Position numbers and translations under genes: made by a program. The notes under the pieces were generated by a model, which ran no database searches, was not told the origin of the DNA, and saw only the letters and a list, made by a program, of their open reading frames with translations. From assembly GCA_010093815.1 (NCBI GenBank), contig ML996571.1: DNA of 64,000 bases; one strand, written 5' to 3'. Positions 50,976 to 64,000 of the stretch are shown in pieces. Source of the DNA: Pseudovirgaria hyperparasitica. Its lineage: Eukaryota. The first letter of the stretch is position 1; each line of letters begins with the position of its first letter.

Positions 50976-53900
50976 TTATACATCGCGCACATGCGTCGCC
51001 GTGTGCAGCTTGCTCGGCACGTATTGGCTACTGCGCGTGCTCATCGCGCTTTGGCGTCCGTTCTGGATATTCAGCCGGGCGCCCAACGGCGTGACACGAC
51101 CCGGGGAGTGCGAGTCGTCGAAGGACATGCTGCGCGACGACGGCGCGCCAGACGGACCGCGTGAGTGGCCGCCGCGGGCATCAGGCGACGACTGGCGAGT
51201 GCGTTTGAGCATCGGGCGTGCGACAGCGATGCTCTCGTTGTCGCTATCCCAAGTCTCCGGGGTGAGGTGACCGAAGTTCTGGCGCGAGGAGGAGGGACCT
51301 TCGTCGTAGTAGACGGAGGAGAAGGAGGTGGCGCGGGAGCCGTGCTTCATCCAGGCGGGCTTGGGGTGTTCCATCTTGGCCATCTGCTTGTCGAGCGTAG
51401 CGCTGGAGCGGTTGCGCTTCGAGTGCATCTTCTCGGCCAGGTCTGCGCCGTCGGTAACGTCGGGTACCATACGCTCTGGCATGCCCAGCATCTCGTAGTT
51501 GGACTTGCCGATCCAGAGCATCTGCTCGTGCTCGCGCAGGTAGCGGTCGCCGGAGAAGGACTTCTGCACAATCTGCCTCGCCATCATGCCGAGCTTGCGG
51601 CGATGGTCGCTCTTCTCGTACATGCGGCGGGTGATGATCTCTACGTCCTGAGGTGTTGGCTTGATTGGCAGGATTGGAGCTGGATGGGCTGGGTCATCAT
51701 CAGCGTAGGCTGCCCATTGGTCGATCATGGCGAGCAGATTGATTTGGGCTCGGGCGAGAGCGTAGGCGTCGTTGGGTGCTACAACCTCGCTGTAACGCTC
51801 ATTGTCGTCTGGATCAGTCAAGACGCGAAGGGAAGCACCCACATCGGTACAGACCACAGGCGCACCAGTCAGGGCAGCTTCACCTAGCGCGAGAGGCAGA
51901 CCTTCAGACACGGAAGAGTTCAGGAACAGCCATGTGCTTTCCAGCACCATACCGGGATCAGCAGTACCGCGAAGTGTCACCTGAGTGCCGAGAGCTTTGC
52001 AAGCGATAATCTCTTGACACTCCGAAGAGTAGACTGGAGCTTTGTTGAGAGCACCGTAAATGTCCAGCACATAGTCCTTGAACCCCCATTCATTGGTAAT
52101 GATGTCTGCGGCGAGAAGAGCAGTCTTGATATCCTTGGCAAACCAGACGTGCGACAACATAGTGACTGTTGGCCTCTTCGTCTTGATCTCCGAGACTGGC
52201 GCGAACTTCTGCATATCGGTAATACCATTGACGATGGGGTCAACCTTGCGCTTGAAGACATTGCGATGAGCGATGGTGCCATTCGACGTTCCAATCTCGA
52301 CTTCCCACCCTGGATTAAAGAAATCTGCGCATGGAAGAATCTGATCGGCGTGATGAAGAGTGAGAGTAGACGTAAGCTTCATCAGACCTAGTAGCGAGTT
52401 GCGGATGAAAGGTGGCATGGTACAGAGCGCCGAGGACAAATAGAGGTTTGTCTCACGCCATGAGATAGCATGATCCCAAATCTGCAATGTACAGTTGCGC
52501 TTGATCTTGCATACGATGCCGTAGGACGCAGACACACTGTGGTGAGAGGCCTGGAAGACGGCAGGTATCTGCTCAGGAATTGGGATCGAGAAGATGAACA
52601 AATAACGGAACCACAGGTCCAAGGCAGTCTCAAGATGACCTAGAGTTGGCAGCTCAGTATCGAACCACTCATTTGGAGGTTTGGCGTTTGGCATGTCGTC
52701 CGCGAGCCACAGGTTGCGCCAGGCTTCCTTGACAATGTCGCTTGTCCAGACCTGAGTCCAGTGGCGCGAGTCCTGGAAATAGGTATTGAGATTCACAAGA
52801 GCACGGGTCGCTTGCTTGAGGTCGGCCTGGGTCATGTTGATTGCTCTAGCACCCCTTACAAGAGCTGTCAGAGTGGGTATGAAGTTTTGCTTGATATCAT
52901 CTGCGGTAGCGCTCTTGAAAAGATGATCGACCTCGCTGTCTAGTTTGTTGGAGAACATGCCATGCTGGGGATGCAGAAAGTCCAGACCCCAGAGAGGAAT
53001 GATCTTGAGAGACTCTACGTTTTCTTCGGTCTGATGCTTCGGTAGACCAAAGTCGTTCGCAGACTCGACAACCATGTGCCAGCGGATGGTCTTCAGATTG
53101 TTGATCAAATCTCTGCGGCAAGCAGAGACACCGCCACCCTCGTTGGGCCAAGTACCGGTATCGACAGCGATGACGTGCAGGGTATCGTCATTGTCTGGCT
53201 GCAGATGCTTTGTTCGCGTATAGATCACAGCATCACCACCTTGTCCGAAGCTGAAGAGGTCACTCAAGCGGATAGCAAGGGGTGTCCAGGCACTGATATC
53301 GGTCGTGAGTTCTGCGCTAGCCATGACTGCATCAGCATGGAGTGCAAGATAGTCCTCAGCGCGGGCAAGGTTGCACATGTTTCGTGCCTTCCAGTAAGGT
53401 CGCAGAAGGGAATCGCCACGAAGTAGTTGTTCATCCATCCAGCGAACGACTACTCCATCGATATCTCGCCGCTTCTTCCAAGCCTTCCACAATTGCGAGC
53501 GTGCTCTAGACGTAGATACCGGAATACGACGCTCATTGAGTCTGAGCACCCGGCTGATAACACCATAGTTGAGTGAGCTGAAGTCAAACAGAGGATTGTC
53601 GTCAATGAAGGTTGAGTTCGAGGGCTTCTTCAACACCCCGAGCCAATCGTGTTTGATCATCGGAGGGGTATCGATGAAGTGTCCGTTCAATTTGGTAGTG
53701 ACCGTGGGGTGGAATTTGTGGTCGTAAAGCCAGCTACATTCAAACACGTCGGCACCCTGCACGAAAGTTGCTTCGTGAACCCTTGTATGAGGTATCCAAC
53801 GCTCAAGCTTCTCGGGATGACGAACCGGCGCAGCGCACCAGCTGACACTACAAGACATGTGCGGAAGAACAAAGTCGGCTCGCAGCAACTCATCATCGTA

Positions 53901-56900
53901 CTTGGCGTTTTTCCGGTAATGGTATTTGAATCTGACAAGATTGCCGTCGAGCATGTATGTACCGGACTCGATGTGACCTTTGTAATTGTACTGGACTACA
54001 GCACCTTCCTGCTTACCTCGGATGCAAGTTCTGGACATTGGTATCTTGGTATTGGCCAGAGCGCCGAATTTGGTAAGACGACGTGCTTTGCGGTCTGAGG
54101 GATAGTCGTAGATGTACTCATTTTCCATCTCGCCTTTGACAAACTCTGTTCGAGAATAGAGACGCATGTCTTTCGAAAAGGTACTGATCCGTGTCGAGCC
54201 AGTCTCGGGCTCCGTCTTCAATGTGCCATTGTAAAAATGCAGCTTAAAGCCCTCATTCGCCGCACGATGAATAAACGCCGTGCTAGTGGTGTCAAGATAT
54301 TGTATATTTAACCGATTCTTCATAACGGAAATCTTGGTGCCCTTGATATTATTCGAGAGAAGCTTGAGATCTCTGCGGCGGTGGAACACAAACCACGCGA
54401 TCGAAATCGATTGAACGAAATGCGAGTATCGCCACATCAATGTCAAGAGAAATGTGACGACAGTGCGGACTGGTTTTGGCTTTCCGGTCAGGATGCAGTT
54501 TAGTTCTCGATGGTATTCCGGATCGGCAATGGTTGCAAGGACAAAAAACTTGATCCATATACCGATACTATGGTACAAGTGGGCGAACGGTCTCTTGATG
54601 GCTGATCCAATTGCCAACAGGAGGGACTTTACAGATCGCGACGGTTTCTTGTCCTGGTAGTAGTGGATATCAGCAGTCTGTTGCTGGTACGCCTTCTCAT
54701 TCATCGCCATAGGGCCTTGAGTGCGGAAGTAGTTGTAGCGTTGGACTGAGAATAGCGCACCCAGGTCGTATCGAGCAATACGAGTCGAGAGCGAACATCC
54801 TTCTTCTGCAGAGACGTTATGCTCGATCCAGTACATGTGATCAGCTGTAATCACCGTCGCTTCACCTAAGCAACGAGACAGGAATGCAAGCCTCATGGTG
54901 AGAGGTAGCTCATCCCAAGCGGTTTCACAGTCTACACCCAAAGACAGATGCCTGAGGAGATCCTTGCGTGAAGCCAACGCGAACGCTTCCATCTTCGACT
55001 CCGAGAATTCAAACGGCATGGCGCGCTTGACTGCTTCAGAGACTTGGTAGTTGCCGCTGTCGTGAGTACTGCACGTAAGAATTGATTCGGCGATCAAGGC
55101 TTGATCGTGCGTCAACCCAAATACAGATTCGGCACATGCATGCATCAATGTCTCTGCAATAGCGCGACAGTTGCTGCTCACGTTTAGCGGATTGTTGATA
55201 TCATCCGAGTCGGACGCAATTAGTAGCTCGAGGGTGCCCTCAGAGAAACAACTAATAGCCCGGATGTCTGCCTCTGCCTTGACCACTGAACGCATAGAGA
55301 CAAGTTCGATGGATATTGTACCAGCTTCCCACGCCGACACGATGCGGTGTGCGAGATACGGCGCAGTGGGGAAAGCATCCAAAGCAATACGAGACAGCGC
55401 ATTCTGGTCACATGACAGCAAAATAGACTTGATCTCAGTCCCAGGATAGCCACTCGAGTGAATGCTGAAAGTCTCTGCTGTTTCACTGTTCTTGATGGCA
55501 TCGTAGAAAGCCTCGAGCTCACTCTGACTCCATTCGTGGTTGACACCGACACCACCATAGTGGTGGAACTTCCGTTGCTTTTGGGAAAGTTTTGGCTTTA
55601 GAGATCTTGGTAGTCCGATCTTTGCAGTGTGAATAGACAGGATGGCGGCTGTCCAAGTACAAATGCCAAGAGCAATAACGTCGTTCCACACATCACCGGC
55701 GTTGAAACGCTTGAGAAGTAGTCCTAGGGGGAGACCAATGCCCACAGCGAAAAGAAGGGGATGAATGACATGTGGGCCGGAGAAGATCTTGTTGTACTGG
55801 TAAAGCAACAGGCCAGTGTAAGCAGCCACGTACGACAAGAACATCTTGAGTGCGAGCTCTGTGCCGTTGAAGATCCAGATGAGAGCAGCGGTGACGCCCA
55901 AAGACCAGACGTGCACACCGAGGAATCGGAACAGGGTGGTCCAGTACATTCTTTGTTTGAACTTCGCATCGTTGACAATAGCTTCGTGTATGTACTTTGT
56001 GGAGCGGATCGAGATGGGACTGCTCTGAGCGGCGGCCTGGTGGAGATGCTGCGCTTTGTAGTCCAAGAGGACAGCTCCAACAAGATAGTATGCTAGACCG
56101 AATCCTACAGCGACGCGATAGGAAGTGTTAAAGCTCGCACCGAGAATGCCATTGATTGGCTGGCCACTGAGAAGAGTGACCCATCGATCCAACAAGGCCA
56201 CGAGGAAATATAGCAAGCCACAACCAACTTCATCACCAGCGTTTCTCCAATGAATGAAGGAGTTGTGCAGTCTGATTCCCTTCTGGTTTTGTTGCAAACT
56301 GTCGTAGGCGACTTGTGTTTCCAAGTTCCAGGTCGAGCTGTAAGGGATCGGGCGCTTCACATCAGACAAACGACAATACCAGTTCAAGAGGAAGATTGTT
56401 GAATCCCAGCATTCGGCAAGTTCGCGCACAAGCTTGTCAGCTTCGCTCTTCTGCCAAAACTTTCGGTTCTTCTCCTTCATCACAGCGTTGTAGAGATGGG
56501 CACGACATAGTGCAAGGATGGCTGGTTGGCTGAGACCGTCGAGCGTGTCTTCCTTGCCATTCTGCTTCTCGCGGATGTACCAAGCTTTGACGGCAGCATC
56601 GTCCACACATTTGATGTGATTGCACCAATCGACCCAGCGTGAACCAACCCATCTGGTCCCGAGAAGGAGGAAAAACACAAATATAAACATGACCACCAGG
56701 TAAATGATCACATCATGATCGGGAATCCACATGGTAATGATGGGAGCAATAAGCAAGGTCGGAATCAGGTAGATAATAACATAGCGCCCATTGAGGAATG
56801 ACGATCCGGGAAATTGGTATGTCGAAAGCACGGCCAGGATTGATAGATATGCTGTGAATCCCACAAGATAGAAGAAGAAAACGGCACCAATCTGTGGAGA

Positions 56901-59867
56901 CTTGACACCACTAAGAATGACGAATCCGAGGATACCACCAGCAAAAGTAAAGGCGAGACCACCCACAAGACGAGTGATCACGAACATGTTTGCAGCTGAG
57001 AAGGCCATGGAGATGAGATAGTAGGTTCCACCAATAGAAATCCAGGTACCAATTACACCGGAAAGAAGTAGAGATATCATGAGAGCGAGTGTAGCATATT
57101 GCGATTCTTCGTGAGTCATAAAGGCACTCAAGTACAGTCCTCTTCCAACGCAGGTGAGCAGAATGATGTCGACCAGTGCGGGAATGGCGAAAACACTAAG
57201 AAACGTGAATCTGCGGTACGCTGGCATCAGTGCATCCTTTTGATCCGGATCAATATCAGTTTGTGCTGCAGCATAAGCAGAAGCGAATGCTGGAGCGTTG
57301 TCGATCCACATTGGCGGCTGGTTCTCGGCTTTGTTGTAGTGAAGTCGATGGCGATCCGACAAGAGTCGACCAAACATACTTGGGGCCACATCGAAGTAGG
57401 TCTCACAGCGCGAACCAAGTGCGAAGAGCTCGGCGAAAGCTGCGCTCTGGTCCGAGAACTCGTTGAAGAGAGGGTTGCGGTCTGAGACTTCGAGATAGAC
57501 TTCATCAAAGGCGGCCTTCCTCGCGGCGCAGAAGACACAGAAGAGGACAAAGTCGGAGCAATAGTCCAGGATATCGTCTGCGGTAAGACTCACCAGGCTC
57601 TTGGTAACAACCTCCAGCTTGTCGTGGTCACAAGTGTGAAGGATGCGTTGCCACTCGGCCTCTACATCGCGGAACACCTGTAGAGCGTATCCATTGTCAA
57701 AGACACCACGGTGATGCTGACGATACCAATCCATACGGACTTCGACAAGCTCTTCATCGGAGATGGTGCCGTTGATGTACTCAAAATTGGAGACATGCTT
57801 GAGTTGCTTGTACGACGGAATGTCGATGAGGACTTCTCGACAAGATCGCTGCAACGAGCTCAACAGCGGACAAGAGTGGTCCCATTCCGAGAAGCGTAAA
57901 TGCTGCATGAAAAGAAGGACATCGGTGGGAGAGAGGAGTGCGATATCTTGCTCGATGCGCGGCGGGAGTTTGTCAAGCAAATGAAGCCCGGAATCAAACT
58001 GGCTGCGCGCATACTCAGCGAGAAAGCACTGATAGCGTTGGAACGAGCGATGACTCAGATATGTATGTAGAACGGTGCCTGTGAGGTCTGTAGCATTTTT
58101 GGAGACATAGATGATGAGAGCACCACTGCGCTGGTCGATTTCAAAGACAGACCAGAACTGAGCGCCAGAGGGCGTTCTGAAGCCAGAATCCAGTCCCAGA
58201 TAGACCTGAATCGGGTCCTCAAAGTCCTGCTCGCCCTGACATTTCCCGCCGAGAGAGCTGAAGTCGTTGATGGCTTGCCGGAGAAATTGCGGCATCTGCG
58301 GACCTCTGTTGTTGGTGTTGTTGGCAAGTGGCCGCAGCCCCGACCCCATCTCTCTCAGCCGCTCCGACGGAACACGATTCAACAGTCCGAGAGTCCGCAA
58401 ACGCTGCTGCGATCCGAGAATCTGTATGAAGTCGTCGCGAGTAACGTCCATTCCGACGGGAAAACACCCCGCTCCGTCGTGTGCTGCACCTGTCGGAGAA
58501 TATGACAGCGGGTTATTAGGGCTTCGCTGCATATGCTCTGTCCACTCGTGCCCGGTGCGACCGTCGGCATAGGGGAAAAGGGCCCAGCTCGCGTCTCCAT
58601 CACCTCCTTGCACTGTCAATGTTGACGCACTGGAGCTGTTTAGAGGGCTCTGAATAGAGGACTCGCGCGCCACTCTGAGCAGGTCGGCCACGCTGGGGAA
58701 GATGGTGCTAAGGCTCTCGTACTCTGGCGCAAGCTGAAAGTCCACAGCATCCAGGTTGCGAGTCGACCGCAGTGTCTCGTGGATTTTCATCACTCGGTTC
58801 TCCTTTAGCCACTGGAAAGATGCGATTGGATCCGTTTTGGGCACATTTTCAACAGCGTTTGTCAAAGCCGATTCCGAACCGATCCAGACCAATGCACCAT
58901 GGTAGCCGCACCACATGAAGGATCGCTTCACAACAGCATGCGACAGCGCAATATCGTTTCGGACTGTTTCCCACATCATGACTGTGAATGGCCGTAGGCA
59001 AGCTTGGGCAACAAATGCCTTTGTCGTTGTCTTCATCTTGTCCATGTCGAAGAAATCTCGACGCTCGCCATCCTCCAAGATCGTGGCGTTTCTGACGACG
59101 ACTCCGGAAAAGTGCTCGAGCTTCGGGGCTCGCTGGCCTTCAAGAAAGTTCGGTGGTGCAATTTCCAGATACGTCTTCAGGCCAAGTCCTTCCAGAAGTT
59201 CACCCAGCGCGTTCAAGAATGGAGTAGGAACAATGCCCTCCCAGCCTGCCACAAGAATCCCTTGGAAGTTGTTACCCTTCCGGCCGAACATGGACTCGAT
59301 CTTCCTGACTATGTCATCAATTGTTTTAATCATCACGGCTGATTGCAAGAGGTCAGTGTTGTTTATGACCATCCGCACGTCCAAGCGGCCAACCAGCTGG
59401 ACATGGTCGGATTTTTGCTCTAGCCGGATCGCGTCCAGCACCCCTTGCTGTGTTGGGTCCAAGATGACTATATCCCATTGTGAGAATATCCGACTTTGAG
59501 CTGCGGTTGGCGGCGAGGAAAAGGCTCCAAGGTAAACGCCAAAGGAGGACGGCTTCGACGACAGAACAACGCTACCTAGGGGATGGGTCTCTTGGGCGAC
59601 TTGTCGAAGATGTTTCAAGACATCAGTTGGCAGTACGGTCAGGGTGGTGTCTCTCTATGGCAGTGTCAGGTAGCTTCTTCACAACAACGACAGCTGACAA
59701 ACCTTGAGGTATCTTGCCAACCATCGAATGAAGGTCAGTAATATGTTTACAGAACCAATTAGAACACAGGCTCCAATAATTGCTACGAGGACTATCTGCC
59801 ACCAGTGCTTGAGCAATCCATCGCTAGCGAAAGCACTGATTGTCAAAATCTCTGGGCTTTGCACCAT
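50976..59867 (-). CDS. gtb3: Giant multi-pass membrane GT4 glycosyltransferase, Gtb3-like putative galactosaminogalactan synthase (about 2,947 aa); exon 59867-59703, intron 59702-59655, exon 59654-50976
   Basis: C-terminal GT4/PelF-like region with the EX7E motif NSSVSEGLPLALGEAALTG, plus KDIKT, IVNGI and VCTDVG. Two clusters of transmembrane helices. A GTTTGT...CTGAC...TAG intron joins a 55-codon exon carrying a TM segment in frame. Size and architecture fit Aspergillus Gtb3 as recalled. Confidence 0.82.
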
Positions 59868-61973
59868 ATTGACTGTGAAAGGGCGTGAGCGTGGCTCTAC
59901 GAGCCTTGCTGAGAGAGGGCCAGGACGTTGGGTAAAGCCCAGTCGTAGCTGGGGTTTTCTAACGATTATAGAAGGTCGGTATGGCGGGTATCAGGAATAG
60001 ACAAAGCTCTCGGGTATGCGGAGGGGTAATGGACAGCACGGGAGCAAGGATTAATGGTGAATGAGGGAGTGAATAGTAATGAGGGTAAAGAAGAGGAGGC
60101 CGAGGTGGTGGTGAGGGAAGAAAATGATATGAAAGATGTACAAGGCGGTATGTTCCAATTCCAAAAGTGATCAACCTCTACGGAATGGAGAGGATAAACA
60201 CAAAACTCAGTGATTGTGACATGTAGACATGTCGGAACGTGGCACGCGTCTGGGAGCAAGGTGAGCAGTAGTGAAGAATGGCCAAGGAAGCAAATGATGG
60301 ATATGATAGCTACTAAGGCAGAGGCGAAGTGGGAAAGCTAATTAGTTAGATCTTGGGCAACACATTGTGTCATAGCACGGGCCCTGAAGCAGTGGATGTT
60401 GAACTGAACCCAGAGCACAAGCCCAGAGTCAAAGAAAGGGAAAAGGGTATGGAAGGGGGAAGGGGAAGGGTGGAAGAGTGGAAGGGTGTAGAGAGAGGCT
60501 AACGATTGCGGGCACGGCACAGAGCAAGCAGAGCAAAAGGCAGAGGGGCCCGTAGCGAGTCGGGCCCACCAAAGCATGTCGCCATGGCATGCCCAGACAT
60601 CGAAGCGCCAGGGGACTGTTACCGCCTGAAAGTGGATGCTCAGTAAGTTACAGTGCATTAATAATGATGATAGAAAAGAAAATGCACGGAAGACGGGCAT
60701 GACGGCCGAAGAACAATATGTGCCTGTTCTTGTGACAGATCTGTGCTGTGCCCCCCGGTACGAACACGGACGCCTGATAATAAGATGTAGTCTATCGATA
60801 CGCCACGACTGGGGGATTCATGTGGTAGGACTATGGACGATGGAGTATGGACTATGGAGTGAAGCACTGTCTGACACGCAGTTGGGTCCCCTCTCTCGTG
60901 TTTTCATGTCAGCGCCCCAAGAGACCGGCCTAAACGGTGCTGACAGGGACTAAAGTTAGTATAGAGTAGCATATTCGTGAAGAGCCTTATGCCGGCCCTT
61001 CCGCCTCCCCCTGTCCTAGTCCCTTGCCCTTGTTCATTCTTTGGTGTCTGGGCGTCAGTCTGAGGTTTCCTCGAGCGCGGCTAAACCTCAATCAATAGCG
61101 CAGCATGTGGGGATCGTAGACCCTATCGCATGAGGGCAAGGCTCATCCAATCTGGCTTAAGTCTCGAGCCGACGTCTACTATATGTTATGTGCAATGAAC
61201 GGTTACAGTCTTCCTACACCCTCAGACTGACGGGCTGGCTGGCTGACTAGCTGGCTGCAGCTGCACCTGAAACTCGAATGATTGACCCGACAGCCCCCAA
61301 AACGTTTGTCGCCTCGTCCCGATGCCGGCGGTGGTTCGCGATCGGCGCTGAAAGAAGGGAGCATTTAAGAATGGGAAAACAATAGCGACAGTGACGGTAG
61401 TGGTATAGTGATGAGTAAAGAAATGTAGAAGAATCTCCTTGTTAACAGAAAGAGGGAGAGTGTGTACATACTCGCAAGCGGGTCACTCGTATTCGTCATT
61501 CATCAGTCGTCATTCGTTCTTTGTCCATGGCGGAACCGAACTCGTGTATTTTTGTTTTCAAAACAGGCATCTTTCTACTGGCTCGGATGTTTCAGCCATG
61601 CAGCAGCATACCCCTCCCCCTCCCCTGCCCCATACACTACACTTGACCTCTGCTTACTCTTCTCTTTGTGGTCTAGCCGCGGGCTCGTCCACAGCCACTG
61701 CTCATTGCCCACTTCTCGAACGAACCCTTCGCTTCTTTAGTGCTGACAGCTGGCACACTTTGAAAGGGGGGAGGGGAGGGGGCTGAAGAGAAAGCTCCCG
61801 TTCTATCCGTATCATCCGTTACATACTCTTCACCGCCCATTCCTTTCATACAATACTCAGCTGCTGCTTTCCGTACCGTACAAGGTTACAGCGCATCCCA
61901 TACCCACAAAACCATAATATGTACGCATCCCAACCCTTCATACAACCAAAACAATACATCATTACCTCCACCA

Positions 61974-62848
61974 ATGTCTTTCTCTGCCTTTGTCTGCATG
62001 CAACACACGCAGGCTGGTTTCTCCGCTGGCTTACCGTACATGCAGTTCCACATGAACGCTCACAGTCTACGGAGTGGCCACTTAGGCAGTCGGACAGGTC
62101 CTGGTATCAGCATCGTCATCGAGATCATCACCAGGACCAACGACCGGGGCAGCACATCTACCGCCTCCGTCGTGAACGGTGAACGCCTCGATATCATGAG
62201 ACCACGATTTCTGACAGCGCGAGAGGCGCCGTTTGAGTCACAGCTTTTGATGTTTCTTCGCTTGATACTCCCTGTATGTGTGCCTTTGACGTGCGCACTC
62301 ACTGATATTGATCAAATGACACCTTTCAGCCATGCCACGATGGTTGTCCTCGTGCCTGCTCATGGAGTCGTGTGGTGTCAGCCGTTCCATTTTGCATGAT
62401 ACAAGCATTGCTTATTCCTGGCCATTCTGCTTTCTCGGGTCGAACGCCAGCGGTCTGGTCGGTGATACGAGCCATGCGTAGCACTTGGCTCAATAATGGT
62501 ACTATGTATACGGCAAGTAGACGACAGCACACAATGCAGATGCACGTCGTGAACATTGGATGCATCGCTCTCAAGCTTTTCCGCCCTATGCATTTCAACA
62601 GGCATATATCCCGTCCCGTCTACATAATGCTAATACCCAATACCGAGACACGTCGTCCGTTACTTGTTACTATGCTTTTGATGATATGTCAGATACGCCC
62701 AGACGGCGATTCATGTGCTGAGAAATACGCCACCTGCTGTGTACTATACACTCCCGTTCATCATATCAACCAACTATTCAAGCCACGACCACAACTTGTC
62801 TCGTGTGTGCAATCTCACCCCAAAAAGTCAATATATCATATATTTTGA
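61974..62848 (+). CDS. Candidate orphan gene, divergent from gtb3 (possible intron 62274-62329)
   Basis: CCACCAATG start after an A/C-rich leader. A GTATGT...CTGAT...CAG intron would join two ORFs in frame. No recognisable motif. Confidence 0.25.
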
Positions 62849-64000
62849 CTCGTAATCGTTAGCTGGAAAGTCTCAGCCCTCTGCCAACCATCTTGGCTAA
62901 TGAGCTGGACTATGTTCTAAAAATTATCATTACCATTATTCTGTCGGCCGCCACACACACTTCAGCTTGCTGAGTTTCTCGTACAAAGGCTAACTTATGG
63001 ATCTGTTACGATGGTGGAGCGAGTGGACCTCATTGACCCCGTAGTTCCTGAGTGGAACCAAATGCCAATTGCTGCTTCGCGAACTGTACCTTGGAACGTC
63101 CTCTAGCTTTTGAAAGATCCGGTAACACCAGCCGCCAGCGCGAAGTGGGTGTGGGTATTGCGGACACCAGCGTATACCTCGCGTGCTCGACCCCGAAATT
63201 CTAAGCCACAGCCACAGATTATGAACTCATTCTTGACAAAAACTCCCGACGATGAGCGTCTAGGCCATGAACGACGGCCCAATATTTACGGCATGGCCGC
63301 CGCTGGCTCGCTCGGCATCTTGAGTGTGTTGAGTGGAGTTCGCTAGAAGTAAGGGCAACCATACCACGTTACGTTAGGGGTAAATAGAATTGACTATAGG
63401 GCTGGCACGCCGGACTGGATACAAGGGATACACTTAGGGCTGCTCGACAATGAATGTTAGTGGACGGACTGCTGCTGGGGACCCCCCTGGGCTTCAAAGC
63501 CTCGTGTTGGCAGTTGTTGCAGAGGCAGTTGCACATCCATCATGATCCCCAGGGATAGACACATCATCACTCACTTTGCATAGTCTTATTCGTTCACGTC
63601 AGGAAAATGGGCGACTCACAACAGCTGCTGCTGGACATCAGAAGTCCAGACGGTCATGCAACGAAACGCCTCTCATCACCACCTGAGTCCAGCCTCCAGT
63701 GCCTATGCAACTCTGATCATGTCCCCACCGTATGGCTTGCGCTTACTTACCTCTTCGGACCTTGCCAATGCCTCCCAATCGGGAAATGACAGGATCCGAT
63801 AACGAAGCCATGCCCGTTTCTTCGCTTGGCTGCCTGAGAGAAACTGATTCTTGACTTTGAGCCTAGACACTATACGGGCGATGGTCCGTCTGCTAAGGTT
63901 CTTATACACGCCCGCATCGCCCTGTTATCGATATATTCTTCATCTGTGGTTTTCGTCTTCATCTCCATCTTCACCTTCATCTGCCCCTTTTGTACCCTAC

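Noticed and set aside
1..64000. CRISPR arrays or intact transposons
   Set aside because: Repeats have no unique spacers, and no transposase, reverse transcriptase, LTR or TIR signature was recognised.

Overview
This is eukaryotic DNA from a filamentous ascomycete (Pezizomycotina; a Dothideomycete is plausible but not provable here), with short GT-AG introns carrying CTRAY branch points. About 14 protein-coding genes are supported: a Nam8/Ngr1-type triple-RRM protein, a disordered tail-anchored orphan, a stand-alone dsRNA-binding-domain protein, a Maf pyrophosphatase, an NADP-dependent alkenal reductase, a secreted Pro/Thr-rich protein, MDM12, a 94-aa microprotein, an intronless choline/ethanolamine-kinase-like protein, an RBR E3 ligase, a Het-C/TinC protein, an Acr3 arsenite exporter, an MFS transporter and a ~2,947-aa membrane GT4 glycosyltransferase resembling the galactosaminogalactan synthase Gtb3. 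A dispersed, sequence-divergent 5S rRNA gene lies at 17898-18016. The most notable unexplained signals are: (1) an AUG-less open frame running through three spliced leader exons of the Nam8-like gene and ending 2 nt before its AUG; (2) an in-frame terminal intron and paired 3' hairpins in that same gene; (3) a degenerate hydrolase-like domain and a large unassigned domain in the giant GT4; (4) the catalytic-domain-free dsRBD protein; (5) the microprotein with a duplicated FLSLxP motif. All family calls come from motif recognition by eye; no database search was run.
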